A stretch of DNA of 64,000 bases, taken from Dehalococcoidia bacterium. GTDB lineage: Bacteria > Chloroflexota > Dehalococcoidia > Lucifugimonadales > UBA2962. The stretch covers positions 130,709 to 194,708 of the forward strand of contig DAOUKM010000003.1 in NCBI GenBank assembly GCA_034421295.1, written 5' to 3'. The notes beneath the pieces were generated by a model, which made no database searches, had not been told where the DNA came from, and worked only from the letters and a program-made list of their open reading frames with translations. Position numbers and translations under genes: made by a program. Within the stretch, counting starts at the first letter, position 1; each line of letters starts with the position of its first letter. Below, piece by piece: positions 29,422 through 39,021 of the stretch.

Positions 29422-29760
29422 CTAGCTACTGGCGGCGGCAACGGCCTCGGCCTGGGAAGCGTGGATGGGGATAATCTTGTCAAAGCCGCTGATCTCAAAG
29501 ACCTGCCTGATCGGCTCTGAAAGCGAGCAGACTGACAGACTTGCATTCTGCTTTCGGAGGGTCTTTGCAGTCAGCAGGATCACGCGCAGGCCGGCACTGC
29601 TGATGTAAGACAGGTTCTCAAGGTCCAGGATCACCGCGCGATCGGCCGGGTCGATCGCCTCCTCCAGGGCGTCCTGGAACTCGCGGGCGTTGGCGCCGTC
29701 AACGCGACCCTCGGTCTTCGCAATCAGGGTCACGCCCTCTCTCTCGGTGCTAATTCCCAT
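29422..29760 (-). CDS. STAS-domain anti-sigma-factor antagonist (RsbV/SpoIIAA-like)
   Basis: 112 aa. The phosphorylatable-serine motif is LSYISSAGLRVIL. Confidence 0.9.
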   Translation of the reverse strand: MGISTEREGVTLIAKTEGRVDGANAREFQDALEEAIDPADRAVILDLENLSYISSAGLRVILLTAKTLRKQNASLSVCSLSEPIRQVFEISGFDKIIPIHASQAEAVAAASS

Positions 29761-30696
29761 TGGTCCGATCTCCTTTCCCGATCTCCTCCGAAGAGACTTG
29801 GCTGGTGCGTGCTCCTTCAGGACGGCCTCGGGTGCCGATGCCAGTCCTGTCAGGTGCTGCGTGCTCCGGGTCCAATGTCTCGTTGATTGTCGCTTCTGCT
29901 AGGTTTGGCGATTTCATAATCGATCGGCTGCCCGATGGGCCCCATTCCCGGATCCGCCAGGGCTCCCGGCGACGTTCCCGGGGTTCGGCTCCGAGCAGTT
30001 AACGGGTCCCTATAGGCCATCCCCCACAGGAGAACTGCAGTCGGTCGTTGACACTGGTTCGACTAATGCTCCATGTCTCGATCAGATGCCCGGCTGGCTC
30101 CGTATTGGAATCCGACGCCAGACGCGTACGTTTTCCCTGTCGTATCCGAACCTCACTGTTTTCGGCCCGGCTTACGTACAGCCTTCGCGGAACCTATAGG
30201 TTAACGCCACGCGCCGACCACGATCCACCATTTTGGACCGGGAACTATTTTGGTACAACGGTTAAGGATAACGGAACCGAGCCACAAACAAAGATAATAC
30301 GCCACAACGCGCGATAAACAAGGTGGCACGGGTCGACTTTAGCTATCAATGCCTGCTCATCTGAGTATGCGGGGTTTGAGGGCGGCAGCGGTAGAAACCG
30401 GCCGCGAGGCACCCTCTCTGATCGGAGGGTCTCAGCCGGTCGGCGTCTCGGGCAGGCGGGGTTACGGAATCTAGCCGCCTGAAAGCGCATTCCGCCCGCC
30501 TGCGCGCGAGCCAGTCCCTTGTCGTGGGCAGGAGGCAGGGGCCCCGGGAATTCCCTTGCTCTGATCAGCCCTGGCAGATGGGAGGCGGGCTCAATGCCGA
30601 CCTGGGCTAAAATAGACCCTGTTTCGGTATCGTTCGCGGACGAGCCGGTTGTTTCCGCCTAGGGTTTTTTTGTGACCGAAGTGTAGAGTGAGCGCC

Positions 30697-31344
30697 ATGC
30701 TGAGATTCGCCGAAGAGATCGTACTGCTTTTGATCGACGACGAGGGCAGGTTTGCCAGCGTGCCCGATTGGTCCGTCAACCATGCTCTGGCCGGTGGCGT
30801 TCTGATGGATCTGGCGCTTGAGAACCGTATCGACACCGATCTGGAGAGTCTGATTCTGGTGGACCCTACGCCCGTCGGAGACAGTCTGCTCGACCGGACA
30901 TTGGCGGAGATTTCCGAAGGCGAAAAGCGCGACGCCCGATTCTGGGTGGAGCAAACGGCGGGACGGGCCGATGAGATCCGCGAGGAGGCACTGTCTCGCC
31001 TGATCTCTCAGGGAATCCTGGAGTGCAGGGACGACCGCTTCCTGTGGGTGTTTCGCTCCAAGCGCTACCCGGCGGTCGACCGCAAGGCAGAGAGGGATGT
31101 CAAGCTCCGGGTCATGGGGGTCCTGTTCAGCGATGAGATCCCTCACCCACGCGACGTGGTGATAATCTGCCTCGCCGACGCGTGCGGCATCTTCGGACGG
31201 CTACTGTCTAAGAGTGAGCTGGCGAAGGCCACTGCCAGGATCGAGCAGGTGCGAAAGCTGGATCTCATTGGGCAGGCCATGTCCCAGGCGATCGAGGATA
31301 TAGAGCTCTCGGTCGCCGCCTCAGTGCATCCGTACATGTATTGA
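30697..31344 (+). CDS. GPP34/GOLPH3-like family protein (stand-alone)
   Basis: MLRFAEEIVLLLIDDEG...RIDTD...EIPHPRDVVIICLADACGIF...KLDLIG is collinear with the N-terminal 225 aa of the two P450 fusions at 47.9-52.7 kb. The track start is GTG 30688. ATG 30697 is preferred because a TAGAGT -10-like box sits 7 nt upstream. Confidence 0.8.
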   Translation: MLRFAEEIVLLLIDDEGRFASVPDWSVNHALAGGVLMDLALENRIDTDLESLILVDPTPVGDSLLDRTLAEISEGEKRDARFWVEQTAGRADEIREEALSRLISQGILECRDDRFLWVFRSKRYPAVDRKAERDVKLRVMGVLFSDEIPHPRDVVIICLADACGIFGRLLSKSELAKATARIEQVRKLDLIGQAMSQAIEDIELSVAASVHPYMY

Positions 31345-31440
31345 GGCGGGCGGGCGGGTCACTTCGGCGGGCGTCGCGGCCGGTCTGGGCGCCGGGCAGG
31401 GCGATGCGGCGCGCGGACGGACCTCCGGTTCGAAGATCGA

Positions 31441-33951
31441 CTACCTGAGGGACCCGACAGCCTCTTCAACCACAGCGGTGGCGTCCTGATAGTCGCTGCC
31501 GGGCGAAAAGTGCAGAGGCTTCCCGAACTGGACCTCGACGCTACCTCTCCTTAGCAGGGGGAATCGGCTGGGAAAACCCGGCCTGCGGATGTGCAGGCGC
31601 AGGGGCACTACCGGGATGCGTCCCTCCACCGCAACCAGGCCGGTGCCGGTCATGAATGGCTTCATGGGTCCCCCGAAGGTGAGTTCTCCCTCCGGGAATA
31701 TGAGGACCGACCATCCGTTGTCCATGATCCTGCCCATGTTCTCCAGGCTGGGGCGGACGGCGCCGTCCCTTGCCAGGGGAAAGCCGTTCCCCAGAAGGGG
31801 GTTCAATAGCCAGCGGACCGGGTTCCTCCACAGTCTTGCCGCGGCGGCTATCGCCATTCGCCGGCGCCACTTCAGCGGCACGGCCTTGGTGATAAGGAGA
31901 TGATCCATGCCCAGGTGGTGATTGGATGCCAGCAGCACGGGGCCAGTGAGCCCCTCCAGGTTCTCGCTGCCTACGACCCTGAGGCTGTAGGTGAGGTTGA
32001 GCAGTGGGAATACCAGAGCTCTCTGGAGCATGCCGCGGAGCATGCGGCACCACCACCGCATTCCCCAGTCCGGGAAGACGACCATTGGGGGGCTCTTGGA
32101 ACCCTCCTCAACGAGCATCGCCAGACCTTCGACGGTCGTCTCTGGCCCCAGCTGACCCTCGTCTATGTAAACGCCCAGTTCCGCTTCAATCGCCGAGAGA
32201 AGCTCCACCCTGCCCAGAGAGTCCAGGTCGAGGTCGTCTCCGAGCCTCAGGTCTTCGAGTATCTGCCCGGGGTCCATTCTGGCTACCTCGCCCAGGATCT
32301 GAGCAAGTCCCCGCGGGCCGCCTCCCCGCCCCGCGCCGGGCCCGGCGGTCACCTGGGCCGCTGGCTCAGAGCCCTGGAGGACAGCGTCGATAACCAACTG
32401 CTTTTTCACCTTCAGTGTGTGTGTTCGAGGAAAATCCTCGCCCCGCCACATGGTCCAGCCTCTGATCTTCTGGTGTTCGGCCAACTGGCCGTTGGTCCAG
32501 GAGACCACCTGCTGCGCTGCGTCCGCGTCACCCAGGATCAGCGCGGCGTGGACCTCGACGGAAGAGCCCCTGCCCACTCCAACCACGGTGGCGTCATTGA
32601 CCTGGGGGTGCCTGACCAGCACCGCTTCGACATCCTCGGGAAAGACGTTCTGGCCGCTTGGCAGAACGATCATGTCCTTCAGTCGCCCCTGAATATGCAG
32701 GAACCCCTCTTCATCCAGGTACCCCAGGTCGCCCGTCTTGTACCAGTCGCCTTCGAAGGCCGCAGCCGTCTGCTCGGAATCGCGCCAGTAGCCCGGCGTA
32801 ACGTTCTCCCCCCGGACCCAGATCTCGCCCGCGCCGCTGATCTCTACCTCCACGTTCGGCAGCGGGCGACCGGCCGATTCAAGCCGTCTTTCGCCGAGGG
32901 CATGGTTACTGATCACGGGAGAGGCCTCGGTGGCTCCGTAGCCCTGGAGGATCTTTACCCCGATGAGCTCCCACTTCCGTCCAGTGTCGAGGTCCAGTGC
33001 CGCCCCGCCCGACACTATGAAGTCAAGCTCACCTCCAAACTGCCTGTGCACCCGGCGGAACAGGTGCCGTCGCAGCCGGAAGGGCGTCCACGCGGCGATT
33101 GTCAGGAGCAGGTTCCAGAGCGCCCGTTTGCCCTGCCGCTCGACCTCGCGTTCTATGCCGTTCATAAGGAGCTCCAGACCCTGGGGAACGAGGAGCATTA
33201 TCGTGATCCGGCGCTCGCGCATAGTTCTCGCTAGCACCGTGGGCTGGCGGCTGGTCGGGTAGGTGATGCTGGCCCCAGATGCCATGGCCATGAACAGACC
33301 GCCCATCTGCTCGTACATGTGGCTCAGGGGCAGGATGGAAAGCAGTCGGCTGGAGGGCCCGCAGGAGATGTACCGGGAGATGCCCTCGATGTTCGCCTTG
33401 AGGTTCCGGTGGGTGAGCATGACGCCCTTCGGGTCCCCCGTCGTGCCGGACGTGAACATGATCTCGGCAAGGTCATGCGGACCTACGTTGACTTCCGTGG
33501 GACCGGGCAGGCCGGCTATCGCCGCTTCGAGATCCTCGAACGCGATCTCCGGAACGTCCATGTCAAGCTCGCCTTTTGGAGTAAAGCGCGAAGTGAAAGC
33601 CAGCCGGGGCTCGGTCTTCGATAGCACGCGGGATACGTAGTCGGGCTCGCTGCGGACATCGAGTGGAACGACGGCGACACCGGCCCTCAGGCAGCCGATG
33701 AAGATGATCACCCAGTGCGGAGAGTTGGGTCCCCAGAGAATGACCCGGTCCCCCTTGGCCAGGCCCCTGCGCTGGAGCAGGGTGGCGACCTGGCCGGACT
33801 GTGTCCAGACCTGCGAGTAGGTCCAGCGCATGTACCTGAACCCGGGCTTTATGAGTAGGGCATCGAGCGGGCCGAATCTTTCGGTCGCCGTGCGAATGAA
33901 GTCGATGACGGTTTCGCCCGCCGGGTGATCGGATGTTCCGCTAGGGGGCAT
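31441..33951 (-). CDS. tri-domain fatty acyl-AMP/CoA ligase - acyl carrier - lysophospholipid acyltransferase (PlsC-type) fusion
   Basis: 836 aa. The adenylation domain has MFTSGTTGDPKGV, GYGATE and TGDLG. The carrier domain has LGDDLDLDSLGRVEL (Ser attachment site). The acyltransferase has NHHLGMD (HX4D) and FPEGELT. Confidence 0.85.
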   Translation of the reverse strand: MPPSGTSDHPAGETVIDFIRTATERFGPLDALLIKPGFRYMRWTYSQVWTQSGQVATLLQRRGLAKGDRVILWGPNSPHWVIIFIGCLRAGVAVVPLDVRSEPDYVSRVLSKTEPRLAFTSRFTPKGELDMDVPEIAFEDLEAAIAGLPGPTEVNVGPHDLAEIMFTSGTTGDPKGVMLTHRNLKANIEGISRYISCGPSSRLLSILPLSHMYEQMGGLFMAMASGASITYPTSRQPTVLARTMRERRITIMLLVPQGLELLMNGIEREVERQGKRALWNLLLTIAAWTPFRLRRHLFRRVHRQFGGELDFIVSGGAALDLDTGRKWELIGVKILQGYGATEASPVISNHALGERRLESAGRPLPNVEVEISGAGEIWVRGENVTPGYWRDSEQTAAAFEGDWYKTGDLGYLDEEGFLHIQGRLKDMIVLPSGQNVFPEDVEAVLVRHPQVNDATVVGVGRGSSVEVHAALILGDADAAQQVVSWTNGQLAEHQKIRGWTMWRGEDFPRTHTLKVKKQLVIDAVLQGSEPAAQVTAGPGAGRGGGPRGLAQILGEVARMDPGQILEDLRLGDDLDLDSLGRVELLSAIEAELGVYIDEGQLGPETTVEGLAMLVEEGSKSPPMVVFPDWGMRWWCRMLRGMLQRALVFPLLNLTYSLRVVGSENLEGLTGPVLLASNHHLGMDHLLITKAVPLKWRRRMAIAAAARLWRNPVRWLLNPLLGNGFPLARDGAVRPSLENMGRIMDNGWSVLIFPEGELTFGGPMKPFMTGTGLVAVEGRIPVVPLRLHIRRPGFPSRFPLLRRGSVEVQFGKPLHFSPGSDYQDATAVVEEAVGSLR

Positions 33952-34046
33952 GGCCTACTCCTGCATAGCTGTCATCCTTCAAACGATACGAGATCCTTGG
34001 CGGGCCCGCTCGATAAGTGCCTTGTCGGTGGCGACTGAGGTCGACG

Positions 34047-34781
34047 TCAGTTGGGTGGCGGTCGGGTAGGGTTTTCATCGATCAGCCTCCGTATGGCTTC
34101 GTGGGGATCCTCGCGCAGGGGTGGGAAGTGGCTGAAGCATATGACATCGAAGTCCAGCTTCAGGAATTTTTCGAGGGAGCGCAGTGCCACCTCCGGCCTC
34201 CTGGTCACCCACCTCGCCGGGGGTCCCAGCCTGCGGGCGAATCTGTACTGCAGGGCATCCCCGACGATCACCGCACGTTTTGCAGGCACATAGAGTGCGA
34301 TGCTGCCGTCGGTATGCCCGGGAAGGTGGACCACTCGGACCTCTGTCCCGAAATCAACTGAGTCGCCGTCCTCTAGCCTGTCGTGGACGGGGACTGGCCT
34401 GCCCATGAGCGCCGTATACACCGGGCGGGTCAACCTGCCAAGGATCGTGTTCTGCACCGGGCTTGGGAGAGGGGTCGTGCCCTCTATGACGCCGGCATCC
34501 AGGGCATGTGCCGCGACAGCGATCGCCCTTCCTTTGATCAACCCGCTTAGCCCTCCGCAGTGGTCGGGGTGGGCATGGGTAACGACGACGCGCCCGACCT
34601 GACCGGCAGAAAGGCCCAGGGCCCTTATGCCCTGTTCGATGAGGCACCGACTCCCGGGCGAGCCTGCGTCCACAAGCAGGATCTCATCATGTTCCACCAG
34701 GACGGTTACCCGGGCTCCAATTGCCCGCACCTGGAACAGGCCATCGGCGATCCGGATCGGCTTAAGAAAAGTCACGGGCAT
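34047..34781 (-). CDS. MBL-fold metallo-hydrolase
   Basis: 244 aa. Motifs are VVVTHAHPDHCGG, a later HLPGHTDG and a C-terminal CFSH. Confidence 0.85.
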   Translation of the reverse strand: MPVTFLKPIRIADGLFQVRAIGARVTVLVEHDEILLVDAGSPGSRCLIEQGIRALGLSAGQVGRVVVTHAHPDHCGGLSGLIKGRAIAVAAHALDAGVIEGTTPLPSPVQNTILGRLTRPVYTALMGRPVPVHDRLEDGDSVDFGTEVRVVHLPGHTDGSIALYVPAKRAVIVGDALQYRFARRLGPPARWVTRRPEVALRSLEKFLKLDFDVICFSHFPPLREDPHEAIRRLIDENPTRPPPN

Positions 34782-35114
34782 CGACCTTTAAGGGGCGGGC
34801 GCCGCCCGGCGAAGCGGACCGCGTCGCCCGGGGAAAGGCCCTCTGCAGGCAAAGTAGCCGCGGAGCCCCGGGGGATGAGCCTCGGGGGCCACCGAGCAGC
34901 GGATACGGGCTGTTCCAGGACGACCGGATCACTCGCGTCGCTTCACCAGGCGCACTGCTGGAGTCCGGTGACCCGCCTGGAACCGTATGGTGCCCGGCAG
35001 GGCCCCGCCGAAGGGAGCGCCGCCGCGCCGTGATAACCTCGGCGTGGCGAGGGGGAGGCGGAAGGTAAGGCGAGTCGACCGCGCCGACCAGGTTGCAGGC
35101 CCGGGGAGGCGGAT

Positions 35115-35560
35115 ATGGCATCAGAACCGGTGGATTCTTATCCATTTACCTACGATGCGGAATACCCGGAACCAGGGAGTCGGCCGGGTGAGCACTCTTT
35201 TTCGACTCTTTCTGATAATACCCAGTCGGATCGTTGATGGGCTGCTGGCGGGAATGACCACACTGCCGTTGGTGTCCCTTTTGAGGAAAAAGTATCCGCG
35301 CTGGTGGTTCGACTTCAACCTTGAGCGGCCGAGATTCTCTGCTCGAGTCGGCGCTTACTCGGCGCTGGTGACGGACCAGTACCAGTCGACCGACGAAGCG
35401 CACGGCGTTTCGCGATTGAGTGGTTTTCGATCATCCTTACCGGCAAGTACCCTCGCGCCCTGTTCGGCCCGGTGGTCGGCACCCGGCGTTGGTCCTGGCG
35501 CGTGACCGCATACACCGCGCCTTTTATCACGGATCGCTATCCCCCCGTTCAGGATGAGCT
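35115..35560 (+). pseudogene. DUF4389-family membrane protein gene disrupted by frame changes
   Basis: Three collinear homologous pieces lie in alternating frames. MASEPVDSYPFTYDAEYPEPGSR is in frame 0, from ATG 35115. RVSTLFRLFLIIPSRIV...KKYPRWWFDF...RVGAYSALVTDQY is in frame 1. AIEWFSIILTGKYPRALFGPVVGTRRWSWRVTAYTAPFITDRYPP is back in frame 0. Frame 0 hits TGA shortly after the first piece. Confidence 0.4.
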
Positions 35561-35769
35561 AGTTCGGGGGCAGGCAGCGGGGTTAACGGCCGCCGGGTCA
35601 ACGAGGATCCCTCTGTCCGCTCCGCATTCGGACAGGAGAGCAGGGAGTCCACTCTTGCCAATTGGAGTCCGTGGCGGCAGGGCTGTCGTCCGCCGGATGG
35701 CCTTCCGTGCAACAACCGTGGCCGATTCGGGCATCACCCGCTGAGACGGCAGGATGCGCGTCCTCTTCG

Positions 35770-36138
35770 ATGCCCGCTCGTCCGCCGCCGGCCGGAGCTG
35801 CCTTGATCCTCTATTATGACGGCGATTGCCGGTTCTGCACCGCATGCGTCAGATGCCTGAGCCGGCTCGACTGGCGGAACCGGATCTCCTGGGAGCCCTG
35901 GCAGAATATGGCGTCACTACCGCGGGGATTGACGTGCGATGACCTGGAGAGAGCGGCATATCTGGAGGATGACCGCGGAGACATCCATGAGGGCTTCTTC
36001 GCTTTTCGAAGGCTGCTGGTGGAGCTGCCTGTTCTCGTCCCACTGGGCCTCCTGATGTGGCTGCCCGGGCTCCACCTCATCGGAGTCCCGCTCTACAGAC
36101 TGGTCGCCAGAAATCGGCGCACGATATCGGGCTGCTAG
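35770..36138 (+). CDS. DCC1-like thiol-disulfide oxidoreductase family protein (DUF393)
   Basis: LILYYDGDCRFCTACVRCLSRLDWRNRI is the DUF393 CxxC signature. The probable start is ATG 35770, within track ORF 35662-36138. Confidence 0.75.
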   Translation: MPARPPPAGAALILYYDGDCRFCTACVRCLSRLDWRNRISWEPWQNMASLPRGLTCDDLERAAYLEDDRGDIHEGFFAFRRLLVELPVLVPLGLLMWLPGLHLIGVPLYRLVARNRRTISGC

Positions 36139-36505
36139 GGCAGGGCCACCTTGTGGCCGAGGCCGTCCTCAAGGAGAGAGCCGGACCGCCCCGGGGTGAG
36201 TCCGGGCTGATCCCGCCGCCGGACCACGGGAGGACGTCGCCCTCCGGTCTCGAACTGGTAGCCGCCCATCACAGGTATCGAAACGTTGGAAGATGACCGT
36301 TCACATCGCAAAAGAGTGCGCCCGGAGTCACCTGCAGTTCGGTGGCCGGTCGCCCCACACAGCAGGCCGATGTCGGCCATCGCCTGAGTGCAAACTTGTC
36401 TGCGACCGGCCGACAATGTCACAATTTGGCGCTCAACCCGGTCCGCGTGCTGTGGCTCCGGGCAATGTGGGCAGTTCGCGCGCAGCGTCACCAAGGAGGG
36501 TCCTT

Positions 36506-37000
36506 ATGTCCGTCATCGATGAGCTGGTTGGCAACAACGCTCGCTATGCCGAGTCATTCAGCAAGGGGAATCTACCCTTGCCGCCGGGCCGAAACCTGGC
36601 GGTTGTGGCCTGCATGGATGCACGCCTAGATACTCACGCGCTGCTCGGCCTCGAGGAAGGCGACGCGCACGTCATCAGAAATGCGGGAGGAGTGGTCACC
36701 GACGACGCGATCCGATCTTTGACGATCTCCCAGCGCCTGCTGGGGACCCAGTCGATCATGCTCATCCACCACACGGATTGCGGGATGTTGACCTTTCGGG
36801 ACGATGACGTAAAGGACTCGATCCAGGCCGATACGGGCCTTCGGCCGCCCTTCGCCCTGGAGGCGTTCGGCGATCTGGATGACGACATACGCCACTCGAT
36901 TGCTCGAATAAAGGCAAGTCCGTTCATTCCAAGAAAGAGCGATATCCGCGGCTTCGTCTACGACTGTGCCGAGGGTAGCCTCAAGGAAGTGTCCGACTAG
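36506..37000 (+). CDS. beta-class carbonic anhydrase
   Basis: ATG 36506 is preceded by AAGGAGG. The zinc ligand motifs are VVACMDAR and HHTDCG. About 164 aa, similar to small mycobacterial-type beta-CAs. Confidence 0.9.
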   Translation: MSVIDELVGNNARYAESFSKGNLPLPPGRNLAVVACMDARLDTHALLGLEEGDAHVIRNAGGVVTDDAIRSLTISQRLLGTQSIMLIHHTDCGMLTFRDDDVKDSIQADTGLRPPFALEAFGDLDDDIRHSIARIKASPFIPRKSDIRGFVYDCAEGSLKEVSD

Positions 37001-37190
37001 GAACCGGCGGCCGGACTCACCTCATTGGGGCCACGCAATACCGGGCGCGTCAACGGGGCGAATGGTCTGAGGCGTGTAACGAGACGGCACTGCCCAGTTG
37101 GGTCAGAGCAGGTGACGAACGGCCCGGCTCGGTCGACCGGCTCAAGCTAGCCGCAGGGTTGCCGGATGCTGGATCTTCTGGCGGTTTCCG

Positions 37191-38525
37191 TCACATCGAG
37201 CAGAGGACGTCTCTGGCGGCGGCTATGGTCTCGTCGATGTCCTCATCGGTGTGAGTGGAGGCCATGTGCCACCGGCCATTAGGGGACAGGCGGACTCCTC
37301 GATCGAGCATTGCAACCCGGAATCGCTGGTATTTCCCCTCATCGCAGTAGAGGGCGTGCTCTCGGTAGTCGTCGATCTCCGCACGGGTCGTGAACGATGT
37401 GGAAAAGACTGAGCCGAGTCCATGCACTCTCAGATCCGACTCGGTCTCTCTGGCCGCATCCCTCAGGCCGTCGATAAGCCGTTTGCCCCGCCGGTTGAGG
37501 CTCTCGTAGAACCGATCGCTGTCCTCCGTGATGTGACGGAGCGAGGCATGTGCGGCCTCGATTGATACGACGTTCGAGTTGAAACTCCCGCCGTGCTGGA
37601 CCGTACCGTCGCCCAGGACCTGCATCACCTCTGGACGCCCGACCAGCATGGCCAGCGGGAAACCTCCGGCCATGGACTTCGCGTAGGTAGCCAGGTCGGG
37701 CAGGACGCCCGTCAGCTCCTGCGCCCCGCCCAGCGCGATTCGAAAGCCCGTTATCACCTCGTCAAATATCAGCAGCGCCCCATGGGCTGTGCACAGGTCC
37801 CTTACCCCCTCCAGGTACCCTTCCCTGGGCGCAATGAAGTTGGTGTTGATGAGAATCGGCTCCATGATGACGCCCGAGATCTGGCCGCGGTGCCGCTCGA
37901 AGGCCCGCGAAAGTGCGTCGATGTCGTTCCAGCGACAGACGACGATGTTCTCACCGCTGGCCGGGTCCATGCCCGCGGACTCGCCGACGGGCAGGGGAGC
38001 GTCGTCAGGTCCCGCCCGGTCCAGTGGTGGATGAACGCTGTAGTTCACCGAGTCCGTCCAGCCGTGGTAGTGCCCTTCGAACTTGATGAACTTCTCGCGA
38101 CCGGTGTATCCGCGAGCAAGGCGGATGACGAGTTGATCGATCTCGGTACCCGAGCTGGCGAAACGCACGGTGCCCTTTAGCGGTATCGCTTGCCGCACCA
38201 TGCGGGCCACATCCAGCTCGCGACCGAATTGCCCGGTGTAGACAAGGCCGTTCCCCATCGCCTGCGCTACCGCTTCTGTCAGGAAGTCGGGGGAGTGGCC
38301 AAATATGTTGGGGCCCATGCCCTGCACGTAGTCGACGTATTCATTGCCGTCCACGTCCCACATGCGACCGTGTTTCGCCCGGGCGAAGAAAAGTGGCACC
38401 GGCCGCTCGCTTCGCCTTAGCTGGCTGGAGACACCGCCAGCGATCAGGCCCTGGGCCTCTTCAAACAACTGTCGGGAACGGGTGTAACGGTCTTTAGTCA
38501 TCTCTGGAAGGCTACCTCGGTTCAT
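37191..38525 (-). CDS. class-III (GSA-aminomutase-like) PLP-dependent aminotransferase
   Basis: 444 aa. Motifs are GGVSSQLR, DVDGNEYVDY, LIFDEVITGFR and the YAKSMAGG lysine region. Confidence 0.9.
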   Translation of the reverse strand: MNRGSLPEMTKDRYTRSRQLFEEAQGLIAGGVSSQLRRSERPVPLFFARAKHGRMWDVDGNEYVDYVQGMGPNIFGHSPDFLTEAVAQAMGNGLVYTGQFGRELDVARMVRQAIPLKGTVRFASSGTEIDQLVIRLARGYTGREKFIKFEGHYHGWTDSVNYSVHPPLDRAGPDDAPLPVGESAGMDPASGENIVVCRWNDIDALSRAFERHRGQISGVIMEPILINTNFIAPREGYLEGVRDLCTAHGALLIFDEVITGFRIALGGAQELTGVLPDLATYAKSMAGGFPLAMLVGRPEVMQVLGDGTVQHGGSFNSNVVSIEAAHASLRHITEDSDRFYESLNRRGKRLIDGLRDAARETESDLRVHGLGSVFSTSFTTRAEIDDYREHALYCDEGKYQRFRVAMLDRGVRLSPNGRWHMASTHTDEDIDETIAAARDVLCSM

Positions 38526-39021
38526 AGGGCGAGACTTGGTCCGGATGATAACCGACCGCCCGGGGTATGGCGGCGCCGCAGGCGCAGCCCGGGACCCAAA
38601 GTCCAGATCGGCGGCTCATCGGTGGCCGCCCGCTGCGGGGGCAGGCTCATACCTGGTCGTGCCTCCATTGGAGGATCCGGCCCCCGGTTGCGACGGTGCA
38701 CGCACTGAAATCGTCCATCCATCCGGGGATGGACAGGCAGGCACCGCGGCCGTTCGACCTGTCGTCCCGCGTACCGCGGGACTGAGGGGCGAGGCCCGTG
38801 AGCGGGGTCTGGCTTCACCGTGCATTCCAGTGAAGCCACCTGTAGGGGAAAGCTACTCTGGCGCGCTCTGGTACTTTAGTTGTGGGGACCGATTTCCGCG
38901 GTCCTGCCTTCAGGGGACCGTCCCAGGTCGCGGCGGCCGAGGCCATATCCTTCGTGGCCGCCATAATTCGCTGAAGGGGAAAGACGATTAGGTGGAGGGT
39001 TCCGGTTTGGATGAAGAGCGC

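Noticed and set aside
30050-30070. GGTTCGAC T-loop-like string suggesting a tRNA or tmRNA
   Set aside because: There are no complementary T-stem arms, no acceptor stem and no CCA context.
30636-30671. T7 tract (30665-30671) as an intrinsic terminator
   Set aside because: The preceding stem is only 5 bp (gcgga/tccgc) with a 13-nt loop and is separated from the T-tract by 6 nt. No upstream plus-strand gene needs termination here. It is more likely part of the AT-rich promoter region of the GPP34 gene.
31900-33234. 444-aa plus-strand ORF
   Set aside because: It is antisense to the acyl-AMP ligase-ACP-PlsC gene, whose minus-strand frame carries all the catalytic motifs.
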